A stretch of 64,000 nt of DNA from Alphaproteobacteria bacterium (GTDB taxonomy: Bacteria; Pseudomonadota; Alphaproteobacteria; RF32; CAG-239), in assembly GCA_045615365.1 (NCBI GenBank), contig JAZLEQ010000018.1, forward strand, positions 106,384 through 170,383, read 5' to 3'. Positions within the stretch are counted from its first letter, which is position 1. Each line of letters starts with the position of its first letter. Made by a program: the position numbers and the translations under genes. Shown one piece after another: positions 1-8,179 of this stretch. The notes beneath the pieces were generated by a model that saw only the letters and a list, made by a program, of their open reading frames with translations, had not been told where the DNA came from and made no database searches.

Positions 1-244
1 TTGCATCGTTTAACTCCGAACAATTCTGCCCTTCTAAATAGATGTGCCCTTTTGAAGGTTTTTCAAGTAAGCCGGCTAATTGCAATAACGTAGACTTTCC
101 TGCACCGGATTGTCCTACCAAAGCTACAATCTCACCTTTATTAATTTCCAAATCAACATCCTTCAAAACCTTCAAATTAAGGTTTCCTTGCTTAAACGAT
201 TTGCAAACTTTCTTAAGCTCTAATACAGGTGTTTGTTTATTCAT
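1..244 (-). CDS. lolD: Lipoprotein-releasing ABC transporter ATP-binding protein LolD, N-terminal part; C-terminus lies beyond the window start
   Basis: Minus-strand translation from ATG at 244 gives MNKQTPVLELKKVCKSFKQGNLNLKVLKDVDLEINKGEIVALVGQSGAGKSTLLQLAGLLEKP with Walker A GQSGAGKST. Start overlaps the lolE stop. The + strand ORF 42..287 is its antisense shadow. Confidence 0.8.
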   Translation of the reverse strand, partial: MNKQTPVLELKKVCKSFKQGNLNLKVLKDVDLEINKGEIVALVGQSGAGKSTLLQLAGLLEKPSKGHIYLEGQNCSELNDA

Positions 245-1499
245 AACGCAAAGCCTCCACAGGATCAGTTTTTGCCGCTTTCCATGACGGATACAAGGTC
301 GCTGCAAACGACAACACCAAAGCCATCCCCACGACTGTCAAAACTTCATACATATCAACCTCTGCCGGCAACTTAGACAAGAAATAAATTTCCGCCGAAA
401 ACAAATCTCTTCCGAGCATCGTTTGCAATCCTTGCCTTATAGCTTCTATATTATCGCAGAACAGTAATCCCAGCATCACACCCAATATTGTTCCGACCAC
501 TCCGATAAAAGCACCATCAATAAAAAAGATACGCATAATCATCCCTTTTGAAGCCCCCATGGTTCGCAAAACCGCAACATCTCTGCTTTTATCCTTAACC
601 AACATAATCAAACTGCTTATGATATTAAATGCAGCCACTACAATAATTAAGGTCAAAATAATAAACATCACGTTCCGCTCAACCTCAATAGCATTAAAAA
701 ATGCCGCATTACTTTGTTTCCAATCATAAATATATGCACCGCCGTTCAATGTACTCTCCAAAATTTTACGCACATTTTGCAAATTCTTATCATCATCCAA
801 AGTAATATCAATATGAGTAACGGCATCTTTTAGACCAAAATAAACCTGAGCTTCCTCCAAAGGCATAAATATAAAATTGGCATCATACTCATACATTCCC
901 GAATCAAAAAAGCCGATAACCTGATAAGATTTCATCCTTGGAACTGTTCCGAAAGCCGTAACTTTTCCGTTTGGCGACAACAATGTTATCTTATCTCCTT
1001 CAACAACTCCCATTTTTCGGGCCATCCGAATTCCCATAATCACACTGTCATCTTCAAAATAGCGCATATCAACTTTTTCAACAGCATCAGCCATAGCTTT
1101 TTTGTTAAGCAAGTCTTCTTTTCTCACTCCTCTGACCATGGCTCCTTCTGCAGATTTTCCGGCGGTAACCAACAATTGGTTTTCAATCATCGGCATAACA
1201 GTTTTTATATGGTCAATTTCTTTTATCTCTGTAATCGCTTCCTTATAATTATTAAAAGGATAGCTGCTTGGAGCCATCACCCCGATATGGCCGTTAATTC
1301 CCAAAATTCTGTTTAGCAACTCATTTCTGAAACCGTTCATCACACTCATCACGATAATCAAAGTTGCAACACCTAATGCAATTCCCGCAAAGGAAAAACC
1401 GGTTATTAACGAAACAAAACCTTCTTTACGTTTTGCTCGCAAATACCGTCCCGCAACCATTCGTTCAAATTTACCAAAAATCATATTACCACTACTCAA
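237..1499 (-). CDS. lolE: Lipoprotein-releasing system transmembrane permease, LolC/LolE family
   Basis: 420 aa with N-terminal TM helix, large periplasmic domain and C-terminal FtsX-like TM bundle (MIFGKFERMVAGRYLRAKRKEGFVSLITGFSFAGIALGVATLIIVMSVMNGF). Immediately followed by lolD. Confidence 0.8.
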   Translation of the reverse strand: MSSGNMIFGKFERMVAGRYLRAKRKEGFVSLITGFSFAGIALGVATLIIVMSVMNGFRNELLNRILGINGHIGVMAPSSYPFNNYKEAITEIKEIDHIKTVMPMIENQLLVTAGKSAEGAMVRGVRKEDLLNKKAMADAVEKVDMRYFEDDSVIMGIRMARKMGVVEGDKITLLSPNGKVTAFGTVPRMKSYQVIGFFDSGMYEYDANFIFMPLEEAQVYFGLKDAVTHIDITLDDDKNLQNVRKILESTLNGGAYIYDWKQSNAAFFNAIEVERNVMFIILTLIIVVAAFNIISSLIMLVKDKSRDVAVLRTMGASKGMIMRIFFIDGAFIGVVGTILGVMLGLLFCDNIEAIRQGLQTMLGRDLFSAEIYFLSKLPAEVDMYEVLTVVGMALVLSFAATLYPSWKAAKTDPVEALRYE

Positions 1500-1571
1500 T
1501 TCTAATTTATCTTTTTATCAATTTTATATTATCTTTATGCCAAACTTACAACCTTGTCATTCAACTTATAC

Positions 1572-1608
1572 AAAAAAAAAGCTTTGCACAAAACAAAGCT
1601 TTTTTTTC
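1572..1608. terminator. Bidirectional intrinsic terminator hairpin (aaagctttg / caaagcttt) flanked by A-run and T-run
   Basis: Inverted repeat with poly-T on both strands, between lolE start and the upstream minus-strand gene end. Confidence 0.5.
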
Positions 1609-1624
1609 TCAAACCGTCACCGAC

Positions 1625-2287
1625 TTATCTGTGCCCGAGCAATCCTTCGGAAATGTGTTTATTTATGTTTATAAAACTTTCAATCTTGCTCTTGCTCACA
1701 TTTTCCACATCTTTAATCAACACACTGGTATTGCTGCAAATATAATCAGACAATGTCATCAAATTACTCTTAACATCTTCAGCCAAATTTGTCGAATTTC
1801 TTTTCATCAAAACCTTAATAAAAAGCCACAAATTCATATTGTTTTGCAATGCTCCAACCAACATATCTTTGTCATTAGAGTTCAAAGCTGTTGACAAATC
1901 CAAACCGCATTTTGCCAAATAATATGCTTCACATTGCGCCAGATTAGCATTAACGGATTCTTTCAAACCTTCCGATATCTGACGATTAATCTCTGCCAAA
2001 GACTTAAAATATGAATCCGTCATATTTACACCCTTTGCCAAAGTAACACTTTCAACATAGTTTGAAAGTTTCTTCAAGCCGGATTTAATATTTTGCGGAA
2101 ACATGTTGCTTTCTTTATTAACGGCAACCTTAATCCCTACCCACATCTTTAAATTTTCATCTAAAGCCAAAGCCTTATAACTCAAGTCATCCGATACGAT
2201 GGCTTTTTCTAAAGACTGTGCAACTTCACATAAAACATCGGCATCTTTTTGTGCTTCTTCAATATTGTTTTTTATTTCTTCAAACAT
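1625..2287 (-). CDS. Hypothetical protein with internal duplication, collinear with the flgFGAH cluster
   Basis: 220 aa. Two internally similar halves (…SNYVESVTLAKGVNMTDSYFKSLAEINRQISEGL… vs …LSDYICSNTSVLIKDVENVSKSKIESFININKHISEGL…). No recognisable family. Sits directly downstream of flgH on the same strand. Confidence 0.45.
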   Translation of the reverse strand: MFEEIKNNIEEAQKDADVLCEVAQSLEKAIVSDDLSYKALALDENLKMWVGIKVAVNKESNMFPQNIKSGLKKLSNYVESVTLAKGVNMTDSYFKSLAEINRQISEGLKESVNANLAQCEAYYLAKCGLDLSTALNSNDKDMLVGALQNNMNLWLFIKVLMKRNSTNLAEDVKSNLMTLSDYICSNTSVLIKDVENVSKSKIESFININKHISEGLLGHR

Positions 2288-2354
2288 ATTAAATCCCTAT
2301 AAGTTAAATAATTAAAAACCAAAAAATCTTTCTAAAATTCATTCCAAAAAAATA

Positions 2355-2425
2355 AAAAAGGAGAAAAACATCAAGTAATGTTGGGGAATATATAAAAAAC
2401 AATACTAAGCACGTTTTTCTCCTTC
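2355..2425 (-). terminator. Long hairpin (ggagaaaaac … gtttttctcc) followed by a T-run on the minus strand; putative terminator after flgH
   Basis: 10-bp perfect inverted repeat with a large loop, located in the 260-nt gap between flgH and the 220-aa ORF. Confidence 0.35.
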
Positions 2426-2549
2426 CTTTATTTTTTATAACCGACATACTCTCGGCTACATCATTTTTTAAGAAAAAATTGGGGAGATTTTTTCTGTAAA
2501 AAACATTTATCACATAATAATAAGGGAAACTTTTTTTCAAATTACTCTA

Positions 2550-3311
2550 TTAGAATGGAGCAACAATATCCAAAATCTGTCTTCCGTATCTAGGCTGCTG
2601 AACATCGGAAATAACACCCTGCCCGCCGTAAGAAACTCTAAGTTCCGCAATTTTGCTCGATTCTATAGTATTATTAGATGATATATCTGCTCTACGAATA
2701 ATACCTTTCATCGAAAGCTGACGAACTTCATAGCTCACTCTAACTTCTTGAGTTCCTTCAATTACCAAATTTCCGTTTGGCAAAACCTGAGTAACAATAG
2801 CTGCAAACGTAACATTAATACTTTCTTTTCTGTCAATCTTACCATCACCGGCTATTTCTCTGTTTGATGTCACATTAATCAAATTATCGCTTTGAACCGT
2901 ATCAGGAAAAACTTTACCCAAGTATTTTTCATACCCGAACACCGACGAAATTCCCATAGAATCTGTATTATTATCTCTGTTTTGTTCCATTTCGTTTTCC
3001 ATCAATGCTGTATCATTCACAGTAATATTAACTGTAATAATATCGCCAACCTTAGATGCTCTCTGATCCTTAAAGAAACCTGCCGAACCTTGTTTCCACA
3101 AAGAATTTGCAGCTTGAGTTTCTTCTCTTTGCTCCGGCATAGGCATTGAAACCGGCATATATCCCTTTGCATCTAAAGGGTTTGTAATCGGCGACAATGG
3201 CGGTTCTTCCCCTACTTGGCCCAAACGACTCAATATACCGCATCCTGACAACGAAGTAGCCACCATTAAAACTGCCAACCCCTTTATAATATTTTCATTT
3301 TCTCTCATCAT
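2550..3311 (-). CDS. flgH: Flagellar L-ring lipoprotein FlgH
   Basis: 253 aa, lipoprotein signal (…ATSLSGCG), typical FlgH length and composition; in flgF-flgG-flgA-flgH order. Confidence 0.85.
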   Translation of the reverse strand: MMRENENIIKGLAVLMVATSLSGCGILSRLGQVGEEPPLSPITNPLDAKGYMPVSMPMPEQREETQAANSLWKQGSAGFFKDQRASKVGDIITVNITVNDTALMENEMEQNRDNNTDSMGISSVFGYEKYLGKVFPDTVQSDNLINVTSNREIAGDGKIDRKESINVTFAAIVTQVLPNGNLVIEGTQEVRVSYEVRQLSMKGIIRRADISSNNTIESSKIAELRVSYGGQGVISDVQQPRYGRQILDIVAPF

Positions 3312-3326
3312 TTCAATAGCTCCTCA

Positions 3327-4043
3327 TTACTCCGTCACAACTTCAATCATATTTGCATTCAACACTTTTCCTTTGAGTGTCTTTTCACTTTTCATATTCA
3401 TCAGTTTAATCGTCTGTCCTCTTGCCCCATCTTCCAAGGCCTCCATTTTAGAAACTATTTCCAAGCCTTTATATTTATAAACGACCACTACCGACTGCCC
3501 TTTTTTAACAATTATTTCTTCTCTGACATCTTTTCTGCTTACCGGTTTATTTGCAGCAATGGTTCGAACAACTTGTTTACCGAGCAAATCTTCTTTGTTT
3601 TTCAACACATCATCACGCAAACGATTACTTCTTACTTTAATTTTTTGCAAAGTTTCTTCTTTTATGATTTCTCCCTTTGCAATACTCATCACAGGAACAT
3701 AAATCTCTTCCGATACAAAAAACCTACCCAACAAACCGGTTTCATCAACTTTTGTTCCATCGGCAAAAATTTCCGCCTTTGCTTCAAACTTATTTTGATC
3801 TTCGTCAATATCTAAATCGGTTATCATAATTTTAATATTTTTGGCCTCGGTCAATTCAAAGCTTGTTTTTCCGCCGAAAATTTCCAATTCCACATCTTCG
3901 CCGTATCCTTTTTCAACAAACTCTCTTGCCACTTCGTCAATAAGAGAAATCGCACTAACCGTCATTCGTTCAGAAGCTAAAGCAACTGAAGCAACCAACC
4001 AAGCAAATACTAAAACCGATCTAAATAGCATATTATCAAACAC
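3327..4043 (-). CDS. flgA: Flagellar basal-body P-ring formation chaperone FlgA
   Basis: 238 aa, signal peptide, C-terminal SAF-like region (…KGQSVVVVYKYKGLEIVSKMEALEDGARGQTIKL…); position between flgG and flgH. Confidence 0.75.
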   Translation of the reverse strand: MFDNMLFRSVLVFAWLVASVALASERMTVSAISLIDEVAREFVEKGYGEDVELEIFGGKTSFELTEAKNIKIMITDLDIDEDQNKFEAKAEIFADGTKVDETGLLGRFFVSEEIYVPVMSIAKGEIIKEETLQKIKVRSNRLRDDVLKNKEDLLGKQVVRTIAANKPVSRKDVREEIIVKKGQSVVVVYKYKGLEIVSKMEALEDGARGQTIKLMNMKSEKTLKGKVLNANMIEVVTE

Positions 4044-4044
4044 C

Positions 4045-4833
4045 CTATTTCATCTGATTAATTGTATTTAACATTGAATCTGATGTTGTGATAATTTTTG
4101 AATTCATTTCATATGCACGTTGTGCTGAAATAAGTTCGGTAATTTCACTCACGGGATTAACGTTTGAAGTATTGAGATACCCTTGTAAGATTGAACCGAA
4201 ACCTTCACTGTCCGGATTATCAACAATCGGATCTCCTGAAGCTTCTGTTTGCACAAACAAATTATCACCCAAAGCTTCCAATCCGGCTTCATTTACAAAT
4301 GTTGCAAGTTCTAATTGTCCGACATTAACTTCATCTGTTTCGCCGTCTTGTTTCACCCAAACTTCACCTGAGCTGTTAACATAAACTTCAACTGCGTCTT
4401 CAGGAATTGTAATTTCAGGCTGCACGACATATCCGTCATGAGTAACTATTGTTCCGTCACCATTACGCTGAAAAGCACCATCTCTGGTATATGCGGTTCC
4501 TTTTCCTTCCGGTAATTCAATAGTAAAGTATCCTCTACCTCTGATAGCCAAATCCAAATCATTTCCGGTAGAAGTTAGTGATCCCCCTTCTGTAATACGA
4601 TAAATTGCTGATGTTCTCACACCCAATCCCAATTGAATACCTGCCGGAACAATAGTATTATCAGCTGTGGAAGCAGACCCCGGACGAACAATATTTTGAT
4701 ACAACAAATCGCTAAACTCAGCTCTTCTCTTGGTGTAAGCTGTTGTGTTCATATTGGCAATATTGTTAGAAATTGTGTCAACATTTGTTTGTTGAGCCAA
4801 CATTCCGGTTGCACCTATTTGTAATGATCTCAT
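4045..4833 (-). CDS. flgG: Flagellar basal-body rod protein FlgG
   Basis: 262 aa; N-terminus [36 protein letters not shown] and C-terminal …[25 protein letters not shown] rod-protein motifs. Confidence 0.9.
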   Translation of the reverse strand: [262 protein letters not shown]

Positions 4834-4853
4834 CTTAATATTCCCCTAAATTT

Positions 4854-5597
4854 TTAAGCTAATTCTGCATATGTTGAAATTGTATTTGATAAACGATTGT
4901 GTTCTTCATCAATCATTTGTTGCACATAATCATAACTGCGTTGAATTTTAACCAAATTTGTCATTTCAGCAATTGCATTAACATTTGAGTTTTCAACCAT
5001 TCCTTGAGCAATTCTGACATTCCCCGAACCATATGTAACAGCATTATCTTTTACATTTTCAAATAAAACGCCGCTGAGTTTTTTCAATTTTTGGTTATCG
5101 GCAAATTTTGCCACTTTCAACTTTCCTACAACTCCGTTTTCCGTAATAACATCGCCACTTTCCGAAATTGTAATTTCTGTTTCTCCCGGAGCAATAAACA
5201 AAGGAGTATTATTCTCACTCAACACATAATCGCCTTCACTTGTAACAATTGCTCCATCTTGATCTAAAGTAAATTGTCCCTTACGAGTATATTTTTCACC
5301 GTCTGCCGTTTCCACACAGAAAAAACCGTCTCCCTTAATTGCCACATCAAGAGTATTTCCTGTATACTTAAAATCACCTTCCATAAAATTATGATAATTT
5401 GCAAAATCCTGAGTAAAGAATTGCGGCATCGCTCCGATACCTTCAGCATCAGGTGTTTCATTAATATACAAAGTAAACAAAACTCCGTCTTGCTTATAAC
5501 CGGCAGTATTCATATTGGCCATATTATTAGAAACAATATCCATCTGTTTCCAAAGAGCCATTTGACGCGAAAGAGCTATATAAGCTGTATTATCCAT
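4854..5597 (-). CDS. flgF: Flagellar basal-body rod protein FlgF
   Basis: 247 aa; MDNTAYIALSRQMALWKQMDIVSNNMANMNTAGYK… rod N-terminal domain and VENSNVN…MTNLVKIQRSYDYVQQMI C-terminus. Confidence 0.85.
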   Translation of the reverse strand: MDNTAYIALSRQMALWKQMDIVSNNMANMNTAGYKQDGVLFTLYINETPDAEGIGAMPQFFTQDFANYHNFMEGDFKYTGNTLDVAIKGDGFFCVETADGEKYTRKGQFTLDQDGAIVTSEGDYVLSENNTPLFIAPGETEITISESGDVITENGVVGKLKVAKFADNQKLKKLSGVLFENVKDNAVTYGSGNVRIAQGMVENSNVNAIAEMTNLVKIQRSYDYVQQMIDEEHNRLSNTISTYAELA

Positions 5598-5668
5598 TAA
5601 ATATTCCCCTTATTAATTTTCCAATCATTCCCCGATGAATGAAAAAATTTAACATTTGAAAATATATA

Positions 5669-5684
5669 TGCAAAAGGCGTGCCA
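5669..5684 (-). promoter_or_regulatory. σ54 (RpoN) -24/-12 promoter for the flgFGAH operon
   Basis: Minus strand reads TGGCACgccttTTGCA, a perfect match to TGGCAC-N5-TTGCA, ~70 nt upstream of the flgF start. Confidence 0.6.
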
Positions 5685-5700
5685 AATTTTAAAACAATAA

Positions 5701-5736
5701 AAAAAAGCTCGTTTTTTTTTCAAAACGAGCTTTTAA
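5701..5736 (-). terminator. Intrinsic terminator downstream of ssb
   Basis: Hairpin aaaagctcgtttt / aaaacgagctttt with T-run on the minus strand immediately after the ssb stop. Confidence 0.55.
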
Positions 5737-5756
5737 CTTCATATTTTTCAATATTT

Positions 5757-6218
5757 CTAGAACGGAATATCATCATCCAAATTTGCTGACGGAGCAGAAG
5801 GAGTTGAATCCCATCCGGAATCAGATGCCCCGAAAACATCATTTCCACCGGCAGGAGCACCATCACCTTTAGCGTCTAACAAAACCATATTGCCGTTAAA
5901 GTTTTGCAAAACAACCTCTGTTGTATATCTTTCCTGACCATTATTGTCTTCCCAACGACGTGTCTGTAATTGACCTTCCAAGTAAACTTTGGAACCTTTA
6001 CGTAAATATCTTTCGGCCACATCTGCAAGAGCAGGATTAAAAATAACCACTCTGTGCCATTCCGTTCTTTCCTTACGTTCACCTGTGGCTTTGTCTTTCC
6101 AAGATTCTGAAGTTGCCACATTCAAGTTAACGATTTTTGAACCATTTGCTGTGTTGCTGACCTTGGGGTCTGCACCCAAATTACCTACCAATATAACTTT
6201 ATTAATACTTCCGACCAT
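5757..6218 (-). CDS. ssb: Single-stranded DNA-binding protein
   Basis: 153 aa; OB-fold N-terminus ([16 protein letters not shown]…), Gly-rich tail ending in acidic DDDIPF. Confidence 0.9.
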   Translation of the reverse strand: MVGSINKVILVGNLGADPKVSNTANGSKIVNLNVATSESWKDKATGERKERTEWHRVVIFNPALADVAERYLRKGSKVYLEGQLQTRRWEDNNGQERYTTEVVLQNFNGNMVLLDAKGDGAPAGGNDVFGASDSGWDSTPSAPSANLDDDIPF

Positions 6219-6293
6219 TATTTTATTATCCTATACAAAAAATTAAAACTTCGCTGATTATATACTCATAAATTTTCAAGATAAAGCAAAAAA

Positions 6294-7415
6294 TCAATTT
6301 ACCTGTGTATATTCACCGTTTTCTATTCTATATATTGAATATTCAATAGGAATGTCTGTATTTCCCTTATTAAAAGAAACTTCTCCCCATGGGGTTTTGA
6401 AAACATTGCCTTTATTTTTTTCTTCTAACTTCAATACATCATAACTATTGGCATTTTCCACCATTTGCTTCCACAAATTAACCGCGGTATAACCATAAAC
6501 TCCAAGTCCTTTAGGCTCTTTACCGAGCAATCGTAATTTTACCAAATCTTCGGTAAAATACGGATTATCCTTAAAATCTTTCAATCTGAATAAATAAACT
6601 CCCTCCACAAAATTTCCCAACTCTCTGAAAAATTTGTCATTAACCATATAATCATCTGCAAAAATTATAATTTCCGAATTTTCTTCCTGTAAGTTTTGCA
6701 CTAAAGAAGCCGATTTATCGCTCCTTCCCAAAACATAAACGATCTGATTATTAAGCAATATTTCTTTTGCTGTCTTGGAATAATTGTCTCCGCATTCAAA
6801 AAAATTGAACAAGGTCAGATTATTAAAACCGTTTTCTCTAAACAAATTTTGCAATTCAAAAGCAACTTCCGTTGTTTTCGGCATGGAAGAATCATACACC
6901 ATAGCCACATTTTTACCCGCAAATTTATTTCTATAAAAATCAAAAAACGTTTTCGCCTGAGCACTCATCAATCCTGCCGTTTTAAACAAACCTTTTTCGT
7001 TTGTAAAATACTCATTTGCCGCCAACGGCATATATGCAATTCTCGCAATTTTCCCGTCAGCATAAATTTTAGCAATATTTTGAAACTCATTATTACAAAA
7101 CGGCCCCACAACCATACTTATCTTGTCTTTGTTTGATGAATTAAGCGTAATCATCTGCGATGCCGAAACCGCAAAAGAATTTTCACACCTATCATCAATT
7201 CTTACCAAATTCACCTTTTTACCCAAAAGTCCGCCTTCACTGTTAATAATATCAACGGCAATCTGAGAACCGTCTATAACTTCTTGCCCGAATTTTGCCG
7301 TATCTCCTACCATCGGAGCAATAACCGCAATATTAACCTCTGCCTTACAAACAGATGTAAAGTTCAAGCAAACAAAAAGCAATAACGCAAATATTTTAAG
7401 CTTTTTATCGGTCAT
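6294..7415 (-). CDS. ABC transporter substrate-binding protein, branched-chain amino acid (LivJ/LivK, PBP type I) family
   Basis: 373 aa, signal peptide, IAVIAPMVGDTAKFGQEVIDGSQIAVDIINSEGGLLGKKVNLVRIDDRCE pattern typical of Leu/Ile/Val-binding proteins. Confidence 0.7.
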   Translation of the reverse strand: MTDKKLKIFALLLFVCLNFTSVCKAEVNIAVIAPMVGDTAKFGQEVIDGSQIAVDIINSEGGLLGKKVNLVRIDDRCENSFAVSASQMITLNSSNKDKISMVVGPFCNNEFQNIAKIYADGKIARIAYMPLAANEYFTNEKGLFKTAGLMSAQAKTFFDFYRNKFAGKNVAMVYDSSMPKTTEVAFELQNLFRENGFNNLTLFNFFECGDNYSKTAKEILLNNQIVYVLGRSDKSASLVQNLQEENSEIIIFADDYMVNDKFFRELGNFVEGVYLFRLKDFKDNPYFTEDLVKLRLLGKEPKGLGVYGYTAVNLWKQMVENANSYDVLKLEEKNKGNVFKTPWGEVSFNKGNTDIPIEYSIYRIENGEYTQVN

Positions 7416-7574
7416 TCCGCATCATTTTTAAATTTAAAAACAAGTTACAATATTATATTTTTTTTTATTTTGCAAGTTTTAGCATTACTTTATTTTGTAT
7501 GTTGACAAAAATCACCATAAATTATACCATACGGCCGACAAAATTAAGAATATTATAATTATTAAAGTTAAAGA

Positions 7575-8084
7575 ATGAAAAAAATAACAAGAAATTTCTT
7601 ACCTGTATATAATGAAGTTATACAAGTAAAAAATTGTGTCCGATCAATGATCGGCCAAGAAATAATAGATGTTAACGTTATAATTAACATCGGATTCAAT
7701 GGACGAGAGTACGTTTCTTCAACAGAATGGATGCTCAAAACTGCTGGTAACGAAGAATGCATTTTGCCGTTTTCGATAACTCCGCAATATCCAACTTTCA
7801 TCTCTATGGTAGCCGGCACAAGTATTTCAAACAATAATGGCAACATTATGTTTGAACATAACAGCAAACAGGCCATTATAATCACGCCTGATGGCAACCA
7901 AAGAAGTTTATCTCCCGGAGAACCTGTCCGCATTGTAATAGCAGATGGAGCTAAAAACTTTGTCTGCAGCGACTGTGTAGTTGAGGTTACGGAAAATAAC
8001 GATGCCGTAACTTACACAATAATCCCTGATGAATCAACCCACTATGGGAAATTTATCAAAGGAATGATTGTTCCGGCAAATTAA
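7575..8084 (+). CDS. Hypothetical protein
   Basis: 169-aa ORF followed directly by an intrinsic terminator on the + strand. The competing antisense ORF 7568..7933 has no such support. Confidence 0.45.
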   Translation: MKKITRNFLPVYNEVIQVKNCVRSMIGQEIIDVNVIINIGFNGREYVSSTEWMLKTAGNEECILPFSITPQYPTFISMVAGTSISNNNGNIMFEHNSKQAIIITPDGNQRSLSPGEPVRIVIADGAKNFVCSDCVVEVTENNDAVTYTIIPDESTHYGKFIKGMIVPAN

Positions 8085-8094
8085 AAAAAATTTT

Positions 8095-8130
8095 TTCCCG
8101 CAAAACTTAAATTGTTTTGCGGTTTTTTTG
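8095..8130 (+). terminator. Intrinsic terminator (cccgcaaaac / gttttgcgg + T-run)
   Basis: GC-rich hairpin followed by TTTTTTT just after the 7575..8084 ORF. Confidence 0.6.
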
Positions 8131-8179
8131 TTGCCATCTGTTTTCAATACAATTATATTATCCTTTCAGGAGAATAAAT

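Noticed and set aside
42-287. 81-aa + strand ORF at the window start
   Set aside because: It is the antisense shadow of lolD on the minus strand, whose translation shows a clear Walker A motif and starts at 244, overlapping the lolE stop.
1364-1894. 176-aa + strand ORF (and the 63-aa ORF at 1554..1745) spanning the lolE start, the intergenic terminator and the downstream gene
   Set aside because: Low-complexity, antisense to two genes and crossing a terminator hairpin; typical AT-rich shadow ORF.
2304-2540. 78-aa minus-strand ORF between flgH and the 220-aa ORF
   Set aside because: Lies in an intergenic spacer dominated by a long hairpin; Phe/Tyr-rich junk translation.
7568-7933. 121-aa minus-strand ORF overlapping 7575..8084
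   Set aside because: The + strand ORF is longer and is followed by a clean intrinsic terminator; the minus ORF has no such support.
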